Source: Promethearchaeota archaeon Loki_b32
Lineage (GTDB): Archaea; Asgardarchaeota; Lokiarchaeia; Sigyniarchaeales; SOKP01
Length of the DNA: 64,000 nucleotides
Assembly: GCA_005223125.1 (NCBI GenBank)
Contig: NJBH01000017.1
Location: 19,891-83,890, forward strand
Direction of reading: 5' to 3'
The notes under the pieces are model-generated. The model ran no database searches. It saw only the letters and a program-made list of their open reading frames with translations, and was not told the origin of the DNA. Made by a program: the position numbers and the translations under genes. Below are positions 52,404 through 61,980 of this stretch, in pieces (position 1 is the stretch's first letter; each line of letters opens with the position of its first letter).

Positions 52404-52976
52404 ATGGCTCCTGATGAAAAATCTGATGAAGGAAAACAAGAAGAAACAAAACTGGAATCTGGAAATGATTCAGAAGAAAAATTGGATCCTGAAAAAGAGC
52501 TTGATAAGGGAAAAGAATCAGAAGAAGAGGAAATATCTACAACAGAAGAATTAGATACAGAAGCAGAGCTAGACCGACTACGATTCAAATATCGAGGACA
52601 TACATTAGAAGAATTAAAAAAAATGAATATGGATCAATTTATACAATTATTACCAGCTAGAGCAAGACGTTCTTTAAAGCGAGGTTTACCTCCCAGACAA
52701 AAGAAATTACTCGAAAGGTTAAGAAGAGCATATAGAGCTAAGAAAAGAGGGAAGGATTTACTTACTAGAACACATGTTAGGGATATGATAATATTTCCCG
52801 AAATGGTCGGTCTTAAAATTGGTGTTTATAACGGTAGAATTTTTGAAATTGTTGAAATAAAACCAGAGATGATTGGACACTATCTAGGAGAATTTTCTCT
52901 TACAAGAAGACGAGTACAGCATGGATCACCTGGAATTGGAGCCACAAGAAGTTCAAAATACGTTCCATTGAAATAA
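52404..52976 (+). CDS. rps19: 30S ribosomal protein uS19 with acidic N-terminal extension
   Basis: [20 protein letters not shown] and [18 protein letters not shown] motifs. Confidence 0.97.
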   Translation: MAPDEKSDEGKQEETKLESGNDSEEKLDPEKELDKGKESEEEEISTTEELDTEAELDRLRFKYRGHTLEELKKMNMDQFIQLLPARARRSLKRGLPPRQKKLLERLRRAYRAKKRGKDLLTRTHVRDMIIFPEMVGLKIGVYNGRIFEIVEIKPEMIGHYLGEFSLTRRRVQHGSPGIGATRSSKYVPLK

Positions 52977-53002
52977 AAATAATTTAAATGAGATGATAAT
53001 TA

Positions 53003-53482
53003 GTGCCAACTTGGGGTTATTCTTTTATAGAACAGAAATATGATGCAGATCGATTAGCAAAAGCATCTGGTCGAGATATTAGAATTAAACCGAAACACGC
53101 AAGAGAAATTTGCGCTGTAATTAATGGTATGAAAGTAGAGCAAGCAAAAACATTTTTGGAAAAAGTGATCCGCTTAGAACAATCAGTTCCTTTTAGAAGG
53201 CATAAGAAAAAGGGAGCACATAGAAATGATTTAAAACAATTTAAATGGTACTCTGGAAGATATCCTCAAAAAGCAGCAGCTAGAATATATGAAATTCTCA
53301 CATCTGTAGAATCAAATGCAGAATACAAAGGTTTAGATATAGATTTATGCAGGATTATTCATGCCGCAACACATCATGGAAGAATAATAAAAAGATATAT
53401 ACAACGAGCACATGGACGCAGTACAGCGAAATTTAAACATCTTTCTCATGTAGAACTTATCATTTACGAATTCCCGAGTTAG
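53003..53482 (+). CDS. rpl22: 50S ribosomal protein uL22
   Basis: KHAREIC, GRYPQKAA and RAHGR motifs. Confidence 0.97.
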   Translation: MPTWGYSFIEQKYDADRLAKASGRDIRIKPKHAREICAVINGMKVEQAKTFLEKVIRLEQSVPFRRHKKKGAHRNDLKQFKWYSGRYPQKAAARIYEILTSVESNAEYKGLDIDLCRIIHAATHHGRIIKRYIQRAHGRSTAKFKHLSHVELIIYEFPS

Positions 53483-53532
53483 GTTAATTTATGATAAATT
53501 TAAAGTAAGAATTATGAAATAATTGAAAGAAA

Positions 53533-54324
53533 ATGAGTCCATTAGTAAAAAATTTCATTGAACAAGGGATTAAATTGATGCAAATAAATGAATACTTACG
53601 TTCAGAGTTAGTTCGCGCAGGTTTTGCTGGTATCGAGCTACAACGTACACCACTGGGTGTAAGAATTACATTAAAAACATCACGCCCTGGTCTAGTGATC
53701 GGAAAAGGCGGAAAACGAATTCAAGAAATTACAGACATTCTACAAGAAAGATTCAGTCTAGAAATGCCCCAGATAGAAGTTGAAGAGGTCGCAGAGCCTG
53801 ATCTTGATGCTCAAATCATGGCAGAAAGATTAGCTTATTCATTGGACAGGGGAAGGCACTACAGAAGGGCAGGTTATTACATACTCAGAAAAGTAATGGA
53901 TGCTGGGGCTCGTGGTGTAGAAATAATTATCTCTGGTAAAGTTACTTCACAACGTGCACGGGTTCAAATCTTTAGAGCAGGAACTATGTCGAAGAGTGGT
54001 CAATCTGCCCAAGAAGGTGTAGATAAAGGTGTTGCTCAGTGTATACAAAAATCAGGAGTTTTAGGGATAATTGTGAAAATAATGCGAGCTAATACAAGAA
54101 TGGGCGATGATATTAAAATCAAGGATGATCTTTTAACTAAAGCACAAGCAGAACAAGAAGCAAAATTAGTAAAAACACGAGCAGATTATGTGATTGAAGC
54201 AGAAGAGGGTGTTTTAGGCGAAGAAGATAAGAAAATAATTGATGAGGTAGATGAGGAAGAAATTTCCGAGATTTCACTAACTCCGGATATAGAAGATGAA
54301 AAAGTGGAATCAGATAAAGAATAA
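53533..54324 (+). CDS. rps3: 30S ribosomal protein uS3 with acidic C-terminal tail
   Basis: KH domain RPGLVIGKGGKRI; GARGVEIIISGK. Confidence 0.97.
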   Translation: MSPLVKNFIEQGIKLMQINEYLRSELVRAGFAGIELQRTPLGVRITLKTSRPGLVIGKGGKRIQEITDILQERFSLEMPQIEVEEVAEPDLDAQIMAERLAYSLDRGRHYRRAGYYILRKVMDAGARGVEIIISGKVTSQRARVQIFRAGTMSKSGQSAQEGVDKGVAQCIQKSGVLGIIVKIMRANTRMGDDIKIKDDLLTKAQAEQEAKLVKTRADYVIEAEEGVLGEEDKKIIDEVDEEEISEISLTPDIEDEKVESDKE

Positions 54325-54353
54325 TTACATTAATCAAAAAATAGTGGTAAAAT

Positions 54354-54554
54354 ATGGATATTGTAACGGCTGAACAAGTAAGGCAAATGGATGAAAGAGA
54401 AAGAGAAAGAACCTTAATGGATTTAAGAGAAGAATTAATGATGCTTTACTCAATGCAAACTGGTGGAGGGCTTGCTGACAATCCAGCTAAAGCAAAATTA
54501 TTAAGAAAACAAATAGCAAGAATATTAACAATAATGAATGAAGAAAAACGATGA
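54354..54554 (+). CDS. rpl29: 50S ribosomal protein uL29
   Basis: NPAKAKLLRKQIARILT motif; operon position. Confidence 0.95.
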   Translation: MDIVTAEQVRQMDERERERTLMDLREELMMLYSMQTGGGLADNPAKAKLLRKQIARILTIMNEEKR

Positions 54555-54865
54555 GTGATCCAAAATATTTAATATACCAAGATTTAATTGGAAATGTTGT
54601 CTACGCCAAACCCAAATCAAAATCATTTGATAAATCATTTTTAGATATAGGTGTTGTTATCGATGAAACAAGAAATATGTTAATTACTAAAAGGGATAAT
54701 AAGATTAAGAAATATATTAAAAAAGATTATATCTTTAGATTTAAAATACCAAATTACACAAATAATAATGAGGATTATTATTTAGAAGTCCATGGGAATG
54801 AAATTGTTGGACTTCCTATAAATAGACTAAGAAGTTTAAAGAAGAAGAGATGGTTAAATAAATGA
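54551..54865 (+). CDS. rnp1: RNase P protein Rpp29/POP4
   Basis: DLIG and GVVIDETRNML motifs; position between uL29 and uS17. Confidence 0.88.
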   Translation: MSDPKYLIYQDLIGNVVYAKPKSKSFDKSFLDIGVVIDETRNMLITKRDNKIKKYIKKDYIFRFKIPNYTNNNEDYYLEVHGNEIVGLPINRLRSLKKKRWLNK

Positions 54866-55215
54866 GCAAAAACATTGGTATCCCTGGTGTTGTTCCTCCA
54901 AAAGTTAAACCTGAAGAATGTAAAGATCTTTCTTGCCCATTTCATGGAAAAACAAGAATTAGGGGAAAAATTACACAGGGAATTGTAGTTAGTAAGAAAT
55001 CAAAAAACACCGTCATTATAAGACGAGATTATGTTCAATTTATTAGAAAATATCAAAGATATGAGCGTCGTAATACGCGGTTAGCATGTCATTTAACAGA
55101 ATGTTTAAGTAATGAGATAGAAATTGGAGATTTAGTAAGAGTTGGTGAATCTAGAAAGATTTCAAAAACAAAAGCTTTTATAGTTCTTGAAAAAATTACA
55201 GGTGGGGCGGTTTAA
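54862..55215 (+). CDS. rps17: 30S ribosomal protein uS17
   Basis: CPFHG, KYQRYERR and ISKTK motifs. Confidence 0.97.
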   Translation: MSKNIGIPGVVPPKVKPEECKDLSCPFHGKTRIRGKITQGIVVSKKSKNTVIIRRDYVQFIRKYQRYERRNTRLACHLTECLSNEIEIGDLVRVGESRKISKTKAFIVLEKITGGAV

Positions 55216-55641
55216 ATGGGAACGAGGAGGAAATTAGGAAGAAAAACATACAATAAAGCACGCACTAGTTATGGATTATGTAATGGATCAAAAATTATTA
55301 TAGCAGATAATTCTGGAGCTAAAATTGCTCAAATAATTAATGTAGACGGTTTCAAGACACGGTTGAGAAGACTGCCAAAAGCTTCTGTTGGAAGTGTTTG
55401 TACTGTCACAATAAAAAAAGGAAAGCCTGAATTGAGAGGAAATATAGTAAAGGCAGTAATAGTTAGACAGAGAATGATTTATAGACGATTAGATGGGACA
55501 AGACTTTGTTTTGAAGATAATGCAGGAGTAATAATCACTAAAGAAGGAGAGCCTAAAGCCACAGAGGTGCGAGGTCCAATCGCTCGAGAAGCAGCAGAGA
55601 TGTTTCCAAGACTAGCTTCTATATCATCATTAATAATATAA
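55216..55641 (+). CDS. rpl14: 50S ribosomal protein uL14
   Basis: ADNSGAK, FEDNAGVI and GPIAREAAE motifs. Confidence 0.97.
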   Translation: MGTRRKLGRKTYNKARTSYGLCNGSKIIIADNSGAKIAQIINVDGFKTRLRRLPKASVGSVCTVTIKKGKPELRGNIVKAVIVRQRMIYRRLDGTRLCFEDNAGVIITKEGEPKATEVRGPIAREAAEMFPRLASISSLII

Positions 55642-55655
55642 TAGAAGGGTTAAAA

Positions 55656-56084
55656 ATGAAAGTTAAATCAAAACAACCTAGCAAACAGAGAAAAGCATTG
55701 TTTAATTATAGTAATCATCATCGTTCAAAGCTACTTAGCACTAGGGTAGCTGATTTTCTTCGAGATGAATATGGGATAAAAAGACTTCCACTTAGGGTTG
55801 GTGATCAAGTTCGAGTGTGCAGAGGTGAATTCACGGATTTTGAGGGTGAGGTACTTGAAATAACCAAAAATCAAAGATGTAAAATTAAAGAATGTACCTT
55901 TGATAAAACTGATGGAACTCAATTTCATCCTGCAATCCATATATCTAATCTAGTAATTACAAAATTTACTAAAGAAAAAAAAATGGACCCATGGAGAGCT
56001 ATTATGATAGAAAGAAAAGTTTTGTATGGATTTTATGAAGAAGAATTAAAAGGACCAAAGAAAGAGAAAGAGGTGGAAAAATAA
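55656..56084 (+). CDS. rpl24: 50S ribosomal protein uL24
   Basis: SKQPSKQRK, GDQVRVCRG and IHISNL motifs. Confidence 0.96.
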   Translation: MKVKSKQPSKQRKALFNYSNHHRSKLLSTRVADFLRDEYGIKRLPLRVGDQVRVCRGEFTDFEGEVLEITKNQRCKIKECTFDKTDGTQFHPAIHISNLVITKFTKEKKMDPWRAIMIERKVLYGFYEEELKGPKKEKEVEK

Positions 56085-56086
56085 AA

Positions 56087-56842
56087 ATGACTCGACATGG
56101 AACTCAAAAAGTTTTAAAAAGGCTTAATACTCCTGCTTTCTTAAAAATAAAAAGAAAACATGGTAAATTTTTTGTAAAAGCTGCTCCCGGACCACATTCT
56201 AGCAGATTATGTCTTCCACTTCTTCATATTGTTAGAGATCTACTCAAAATTGTTGATACTCATAGGGAAGCGAAAAAATTAATTGTTGCGGGATACTTTA
56301 AAGTTGATGGAAAAAAAGTGAGAAATAAATCATTTCCAGTTGGACTAATGGATGTTATATCGATCGAAAAATTGAATTTACATTATAGAATTTTACCTGA
56401 TTCTCATCATGGCTTAATTTTACACGAGATATCCGAAGAAGAGAGTGGTTTCAAACTATGCAGGATAAATAATAAAAAGACTGTAAAGGGAGGTCATATT
56501 CAATTAAATCTGCATGATGGAAGAAACATTTTGATTAAAGTTCAAGAACCTAGAACTCCAAAGGAGGATATTTACAAACGAATGGACGTGTTGAAAATTT
56601 CTCTTCCTGAACAAGAGATCCATAAAATCCTAAGATTTAAAGAAAATAATATTGCGATTATTATGTCCGGAAAAAATATTGGACAAGTAGGAAAGATTAC
56701 TAATATTTTGAAAAGATTTGGACCAAAAGCTAGTACAGTTTCAATTCAGCAAAATGGGGGTCATACAGAAACCCTATATGATTATACATTCATTATTGGA
56801 GAAGAAAATTCTGAAATAAATATACCTGATTTAGAAAATTAA
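56087..56842 (+). CDS. rps4e: 30S ribosomal protein eS4
   Basis: PGPH, FPVGLMDVI and QLNLHDGRN motifs. Confidence 0.97.
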   Translation: MTRHGTQKVLKRLNTPAFLKIKRKHGKFFVKAAPGPHSSRLCLPLLHIVRDLLKIVDTHREAKKLIVAGYFKVDGKKVRNKSFPVGLMDVISIEKLNLHYRILPDSHHGLILHEISEEESGFKLCRINNKKTVKGGHIQLNLHDGRNILIKVQEPRTPKEDIYKRMDVLKISLPEQEIHKILRFKENNIAIIMSGKNIGQVGKITNILKRFGPKASTVSIQQNGGHTETLYDYTFIIGEENSEINIPDLEN

Positions 56843-56871
56843 ATTGAATAAATAAAAGAAGTGAAAGAATT

Positions 56872-57465
56872 ATGTCAACTAAAACGAAAACTAAAATTCC
56901 GCTCGCACTTTCAAAAGAATTTGACGAAAATTGGAAAAATCCTATGAAAAAACCATATTTAGAAAAGTTGGTTTTAAATATAGGTGTTGGTGTTGGAGGA
57001 CAAGAATTAGAAAAAGCAGCTACCGTTTTAGAAACAATTGCAGGTCAAAAGGCAATTAAGACACTATCAAAAACAAATGTGAAAGAATTTAATTTAAGAA
57101 AAGGACGCCCAATTGGTACTAAAATAACTATTAGGGGTCAAAATGCTGAAAAATTACTTAAAAAATTACTTATTGTAAATAATAATAAGATTTTAAGAAG
57201 AAGTTTTGATAATTATGGAAATTTTGGTTTTGGAATTATAGAACACATTTCTATCCCTGGTATTGAATATGATAATACGATTGGTATATGGGGTTTAGAT
57301 TGTGTAGGTAGAGTAGTAAGACCGGGGATGCGAGTTAAATTTAGAAGAAAAGCGCGTATCAAAATACCCAAACATCATTATATATCACGAGAAGAAACCC
57401 AATATTTTTTAATACAGAAATTTGGAGTTGAAATTGTACAAAAATTAGATTTAGAATATATTTAA
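56872..57465 (+). CDS. rpl5: 50S ribosomal protein uL5
   Basis: NPM, KLVLNIGVG and GNFGFGIIEHI motifs. Confidence 0.97.
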   Translation: MSTKTKTKIPLALSKEFDENWKNPMKKPYLEKLVLNIGVGVGGQELEKAATVLETIAGQKAIKTLSKTNVKEFNLRKGRPIGTKITIRGQNAEKLLKKLLIVNNNKILRRSFDNYGNFGFGIIEHISIPGIEYDNTIGIWGLDCVGRVVRPGMRVKFRRKARIKIPKHHYISREETQYFLIQKFGVEIVQKLDLEYI

Positions 57466-57484
57466 TGAATTTAGGTGAAAAAAA

Positions 57485-57634
57485 ATACCACAAGGGAAAC
57501 ATTACGGTAAAGGCCAGAGAGAATGTAGAAGATGTCATACTCACAGAGGAATAATACGGCGTTACGGATTATATATATGTAGACGCTGTTTTTATGAAAT
57601 AGGAAAAGACATTGGATTTAAAAGATTCGAATAA
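57485..57634 (+). CDS. rps14: 30S ribosomal protein uS14 (zinc-binding type); no in-frame ATG/GTG/TTG
   Basis: [49 protein letters not shown], between uL5 and uS8; missing from the ORF track. Confidence 0.95.
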   Translation: MPQGKHYGKGQRECRRCHTHRGIIRRYGLYICRRCFYEIGKDIGFKRFE

Positions 57635-57668
57635 AAATTAAATAAATTGAAAAAAAAAGTGAAAATCT

Positions 57669-58052
57669 ATGGTAAATACAGTATCCGATGCATGTTGCGC
57701 AATCAAAAATGCAGAAAGAGCACGTAAAAATGAAGTGATAATTAATCCAGCTTCTAAGATTCTTCAACAAATTCTTCGAATATTTCAAAAATATGCCTAT
57801 ATTGGAGAATTCGAAAGATATGATGATGGAAGACAAGGTAAATTTAAGATAGCATTATTAGGTAAAATTAATGAGTGTTCAGGCCTAATGAGATTGAATT
57901 ATAAGATTTCTCAATTTGAGATGTTAGAAAGAAAACTATTACCTGCTCCTGGTTTAGGAATAATAATTCTAACAACAAATCAAGGAATAATGACAATGAA
58001 TGAAGCAGAAGAAAAACAGATCGGTGGTCATGCTTTATGTTATATTTATTAA
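57669..58052 (+). CDS. rps8: 30S ribosomal protein uS8
   Basis: IKNAE, YIGEFE..DDGRQGK, LLPA and TTNQG motifs. Confidence 0.97.
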   Translation: MVNTVSDACCAIKNAERARKNEVIINPASKILQQILRIFQKYAYIGEFERYDDGRQGKFKIALLGKINECSGLMRLNYKISQFEMLERKLLPAPGLGIIILTTNQGIMTMNEAEEKQIGGHALCYIY

Positions 58053-58074
58053 AATACTACGAGGTAAATACTAA

Positions 58075-58653
58075 ATGGTAAAGATAGCGTTCTTTAAGGA
58101 AGAATTGGAAATTCCTTCAGATGTAAAAGTTACCTTGGAAGGTGGGCATCATATTCGAGTTAAAGGACCAGAAGGTGATATTACAAAAGATTTCTCGCAT
58201 ATTAGAGGTATCAAAGTCTCAATTGATAAAAATCATATTATTTTTACCACTAACTTTCCTAAAAGTGGGACTTTAGCATTAATTAAAACAGTAGTCAGTA
58301 TTATTAACAATTTAATTATTGGCGTTCAAACAAATTACAAATTTATATCAAAAATTTGTTACTCACATTTTCCTTGCAATTGTGAGGTGAAATCAGATAA
58401 AAAAGAGATTCACGTAGTAAACTTTTTAGGAGAAAGAGCCCCAAGAAAGGCTAAGTATCCCGAAAATGTAAGAGTAGAAGTAGAAAGTGATGATGTATAT
58501 TTTATAGGTCCAGATAAAGAAGCCTTAGGACAAGCAGCAGCTAATGTTAAAAGAGCTTGTCGTATTAGAAAAAAGGATCCCCGTGTTTTTCAAGATGGAG
58601 TTTACTTATACAAAAAAATGCGTGGAGATGAAATTATCTGGGAAATAACATAA
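58075..58653 (+). CDS. rpl6: 50S ribosomal protein uL6
   Basis: YSHFP, NFLGE and KDPRVFQDGVY motifs. Confidence 0.97.
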   Translation: MVKIAFFKEELEIPSDVKVTLEGGHHIRVKGPEGDITKDFSHIRGIKVSIDKNHIIFTTNFPKSGTLALIKTVVSIINNLIIGVQTNYKFISKICYSHFPCNCEVKSDKKEIHVVNFLGERAPRKAKYPENVRVEVESDDVYFIGPDKEALGQAAANVKRACRIRKKDPRVFQDGVYLYKKMRGDEIIWEIT

Positions 58654-58668
58654 AACAAGGTGACTTTT

Positions 58669-59187
58669 ATGGTACAAGATAAAAGATTAATGGAACTTCG
58701 AAAAAGAATGAATAAAAAAAGACCTTCATTTAGACGGGTGGAATCTTGGAGATATAAAAGAGTAAAAGATTCATGGAGAAAAGCTAGGGGTATTGATTCA
58801 AAAACTAGAAAGAAAAAAAAATCTGGAGTAAAATCTCCAACTGTTGGATATAGATCCCCAAAAAAAGTAAGAGGTTTACATCCGTCAGGTTATATAGAAG
58901 CAAGAGTCACCACAATACAAGAATTAAATAATTTAAATAAAAATCAACATGCTATTAAGATTTCTGGCAAATTAGGAGCAAAGAAACGTTTAGCTCTAAT
59001 CGATTTTTGTCAAAAAAGGGGTTTTAAAATATTAAACCTTGGAATATCACAAAAAGAAATTGAAAGTTTAGAAGCGATGGCAGAAGCTCCGATATCTGAG
59101 ATGGAAGACGAAGAATTTATTGATGTTGATGATTTAGAAGATTCTATAGATATGGAAGATAAAATTACTAAGAAACAGAGGAGATAA
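58669..59187 (+). CDS. rpl32e: 50S ribosomal protein eL32 with acidic C-terminal tail
   Basis: WRKARGIDSK and GYRSPKKVRGLHPSG motifs; ATG 5 nt after GGTGA. Confidence 0.96.
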   Translation: MVQDKRLMELRKRMNKKRPSFRRVESWRYKRVKDSWRKARGIDSKTRKKKKSGVKSPTVGYRSPKKVRGLHPSGYIEARVTTIQELNNLNKNQHAIKISGKLGAKKRLALIDFCQKRGFKILNLGISQKEIESLEAMAEAPISEMEDEEFIDVDDLEDSIDMEDKITKKQRR

Positions 59188-59190
59188 AAT

Positions 59191-59652
59191 ATGAATCTTA
59201 AACCACAAAAAAGAATGTCGGCTGAAATTCTTAAGTGCGGAGAGAATAGGGTTTATTTTGATCCTTACTTAATAGAAGATATTTCACTAGCGATTACTCG
59301 AGAAGATATTCGCAATTTAATAAAACAAGGTGTAATACAGAAAAAATATAAGAAGGGTGTCTCGAAATACAGAAAAAACTTAAGACATGAAAGAAAGAAA
59401 AAAGGAAGAGGTAGAGGGTTTGGAAAACGAAAGGGTACAAAGCATGCTAGAACTCCAAAAAAGAGAGCTTGGATTAGACGTATTCGCCCAATTAGACGAG
59501 AATTGAAAAAACTTCGGGATCGAAAATTAATTACAGTAGCTAACTATCGAAAATTATATAAGAATGCTAAAGGTGGAATGTTCAATAGTGTTGCTCAAAT
59601 GAATAGATATATAAAAGAAAAAGAATTGATACGAAGAGGAAGAGGTAGTTAA
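59191..59652 (+). CDS. rpl19e: 50S ribosomal protein eL19
   Basis: QKRMSAEILKCGENRV, AITREDIR and KGG motifs. Confidence 0.97.
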   Translation: MNLKPQKRMSAEILKCGENRVYFDPYLIEDISLAITREDIRNLIKQGVIQKKYKKGVSKYRKNLRHERKKKGRGRGFGKRKGTKHARTPKKRAWIRRIRPIRRELKKLRDRKLITVANYRKLYKNAKGGMFNSVAQMNRYIKEKELIRRGRGS

Positions 59653-59654
59653 AA

Positions 59655-60248
59655 ATGGCAAGAGGTCCAAGGTATAGAAGATCGTTTCGACGACGTAATG
59701 ATGGTAAAACAGATTATCATAAAAGGTTAAAATTGTTAAAATCAAGAAAACTGAGAGTAGTTATTCGAGCTTCAAATGATCATATTAGAGTTCAAATTAT
59801 TCAATCAAAATTAGGTGGAGATAAAGTCTTAATCTCTACTTTTTCTAAAGAATTAACTTCAAAATATGGATGGAATGCTAATACTGGAAACATCCCCGCG
59901 GCTTATTTAACTGGTTATTTAGCAGGACTAAGAGCAAAAAATAAAAATATACAAGATGGAATTTTCGATTTAGGTATCTTTTATCACAGAAATCGAGTAC
60001 TTGCAGCTTGTAAAGGATTAGTAGATACCGGAATAAATATTCCTTATCGGGAAGAATTTTTTCCAAAAAGTTTAGAAAATAGAATTAAAGGTATTCACAT
60101 TGAAGATTATGCGAAAACTTTAAAGTCAGATGAACCGGAAATATATGAGCAGTTATTTTCTGGTTACTTAAACAAGAAAAAAATAAATCCATTGAAAATA
60201 AGTCAAATGGTTTCAGATTCATTAAAAAAAATTGAAAATAGTATTTAA
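59655..60248 (+). CDS. rpl18: 50S ribosomal protein uL18
   Basis: RRRNDGKTDY and NIPAAYLTG motifs. Confidence 0.97.
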   Translation: MARGPRYRRSFRRRNDGKTDYHKRLKLLKSRKLRVVIRASNDHIRVQIIQSKLGGDKVLISTFSKELTSKYGWNANTGNIPAAYLTGYLAGLRAKNKNIQDGIFDLGIFYHRNRVLAACKGLVDTGINIPYREEFFPKSLENRIKGIHIEDYAKTLKSDEPEIYEQLFSGYLNKKKINPLKISQMVSDSLKKIENSI

Positions 60249-60259
60249 AAGTGAAAGAA

Positions 60260-60874
60260 ATGAGTCGTTTAAGAAATATTGATGAAGAATGGATCCCAAA
60301 GACACGCTTAGGCGAGTTAGTTCAACAAGGGCTTATGACACTAGATAAAATATTTCAAAATAATTTAGTAGTTAAAGAAAAAGAAATTATAAATATTCTC
60401 CTGCCACAATTACGTGAAGATGTTGTGACAATCAAGATGATTCAGAAGATGACAGCTAGTGGACAACGCAGTAGATTTAAAGCAGTTGTAATTGTCGGTG
60501 CAGATAGTTTTCTTGGTGTTGGAGCATCTAAAAGTAAAGAAGTTGGCCCCGCTATTAGGAAAGCAATTGATAAAGCAAAACTTTCTGTTGTTCCAATCCT
60601 TAGAGGTTGTGGTAGTAAGGAATGTGGATGTGGGGGAACTCATAGTATCCCCTTTAAAATTAAAGGAAAATGCGGTTCAGTTCGGATTCAATTAATACCC
60701 GCACCAGTAGGAGTAGGTTTAGCTTGCGCAGATAAAGTTAAACAAGTATTAAGATTATGCGGCATTGAAGATGTCTGGAGTAAGACTTTTGGTGATACAA
60801 GAACAAGTGAAAATCTAGTTAAAGCAACATTTGACGCATTAAAAAAAGCTCATAAATTTAACTTTAATATATAA
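60260..60874 (+). CDS. rps5: 30S ribosomal protein uS5
   Basis: WIPKTRLG, QKMTASGQR, GKCGSVR and NLVKATFDAL motifs. Confidence 0.97.
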   Translation: MSRLRNIDEEWIPKTRLGELVQQGLMTLDKIFQNNLVVKEKEIINILLPQLREDVVTIKMIQKMTASGQRSRFKAVVIVGADSFLGVGASKSKEVGPAIRKAIDKAKLSVVPILRGCGSKECGCGGTHSIPFKIKGKCGSVRIQLIPAPVGVGLACADKVKQVLRLCGIEDVWSKTFGDTRTSENLVKATFDALKKAHKFNFNI

Positions 60875-60891
60875 AAAAGAGTGATGTAAAA

Positions 60892-61416
60892 ATGGCTATG
60901 GCAAAAAAAAAATCGAAATCAAAGGAAACAAACCTTACTCCAAAATTATACTTCGCTGTTCGCATCAGAGGAGCTCCAGGGATGAGAGGAAAAATATTAG
61001 ACACCTTAAAGATCCTTAGAATGCATAAAGTAAATCATGGTGTGCTCCTATGGGGTACTTCTTCGTATAGGGGAATGCTTTTAAAATGTAAAGATTATAT
61101 TGCTTATGGAGAAATTGATGCAAAAACACTGATTAGATTATTAAGAGTAAGGGGAAAAGTCGAAGGTAATAAATCACTAACAGAGGAGCATATAAGGAAC
61201 CTAACTAATTATAAAAATTTTAGAGAACTAACTAAAGCACTATTAAATGGAGAAATACAATATCGAGAAAAAGATATCTATAAAATAAAACCAGTATTCC
61301 GATTACATCCTCCAAGAAAAGGACATAAAGGCACTATAAAGAAACATTACAATGAAGGTGGGACTCTTGGTAATGTTGGAATATTTATTAATGTATTAAT
61401 TCATAAAATGATATAA
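60892..61416 (+). CDS. rpl30: 50S ribosomal protein uL30
   Basis: AVRIRG, YIAYGEI and FRLHPPRKG motifs. Confidence 0.96.
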   Translation: MAMAKKKSKSKETNLTPKLYFAVRIRGAPGMRGKILDTLKILRMHKVNHGVLLWGTSSYRGMLLKCKDYIAYGEIDAKTLIRLLRVRGKVEGNKSLTEEHIRNLTNYKNFRELTKALLNGEIQYREKDIYKIKPVFRLHPPRKGHKGTIKKHYNEGGTLGNVGIFINVLIHKMI

Positions 61417-61432
61417 TCAAAAGGTGACAACT

Positions 61433-61915
61433 ATTACAAGAAAATATCCAAAAAAAGCCCAGAAAATGAGAGGAAGTCGTACTCATGGTTATGGGAGAGT
61501 AGGCCAACATAGAAAAACTGGTCAACGTGCAGGGAGAGGGAAGACTACTCAATGGAAAAAAAGTAAAAAGAGTTATTATTTAAAACAAAAAGAACTTGGA
61601 TTTCCAGATCCTGATTGGGATATGGGAAAGAAAGGTTTTAAAAGACCTCAAGATATTGTCAGGATTTATCAGGTAAATACTATTAATGTTAAAGATTTAG
61701 ACCAAAATATTGATAATTTCGTTATAGATAAAAAAGCTACTAAATCTGGAAATACTTACAATATTGATTTAAACAATATTAATATACAGAAGATTTTGGC
61801 TCGTGGTGAACTCAACAAAACAATAAATATAACCGTCAATAAAGCTTCAAAAAGAGCGATTGAAAAAGTAGAAGCTGCAGGTGGTAAACTAACTATATTA
61901 TCTCAAGCAGAATAA
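61433..61915 (+). CDS. rpl15: 50S ribosomal protein uL15 (start probably ATT at 61433; GTG at 61424 lies within the SD-like motif)
   Basis: RGSRTHGYG, GKKGF and ASKRAIEKVEAAGG motifs. Confidence 0.95.
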   Translation: MTRKYPKKAQKMRGSRTHGYGRVGQHRKTGQRAGRGKTTQWKKSKKSYYLKQKELGFPDPDWDMGKKGFKRPQDIVRIYQVNTINVKDLDQNIDNFVIDKKATKSGNTYNIDLNNINIQKILARGELNKTINITVNKASKRAIEKVEAAGGKLTILSQAE

Positions 61916-61980
61916 TATCAAACTTTCAATACTTATTCTTTATAATTTATTTTAATAGAACTTACTTAAGAGATTATAAG

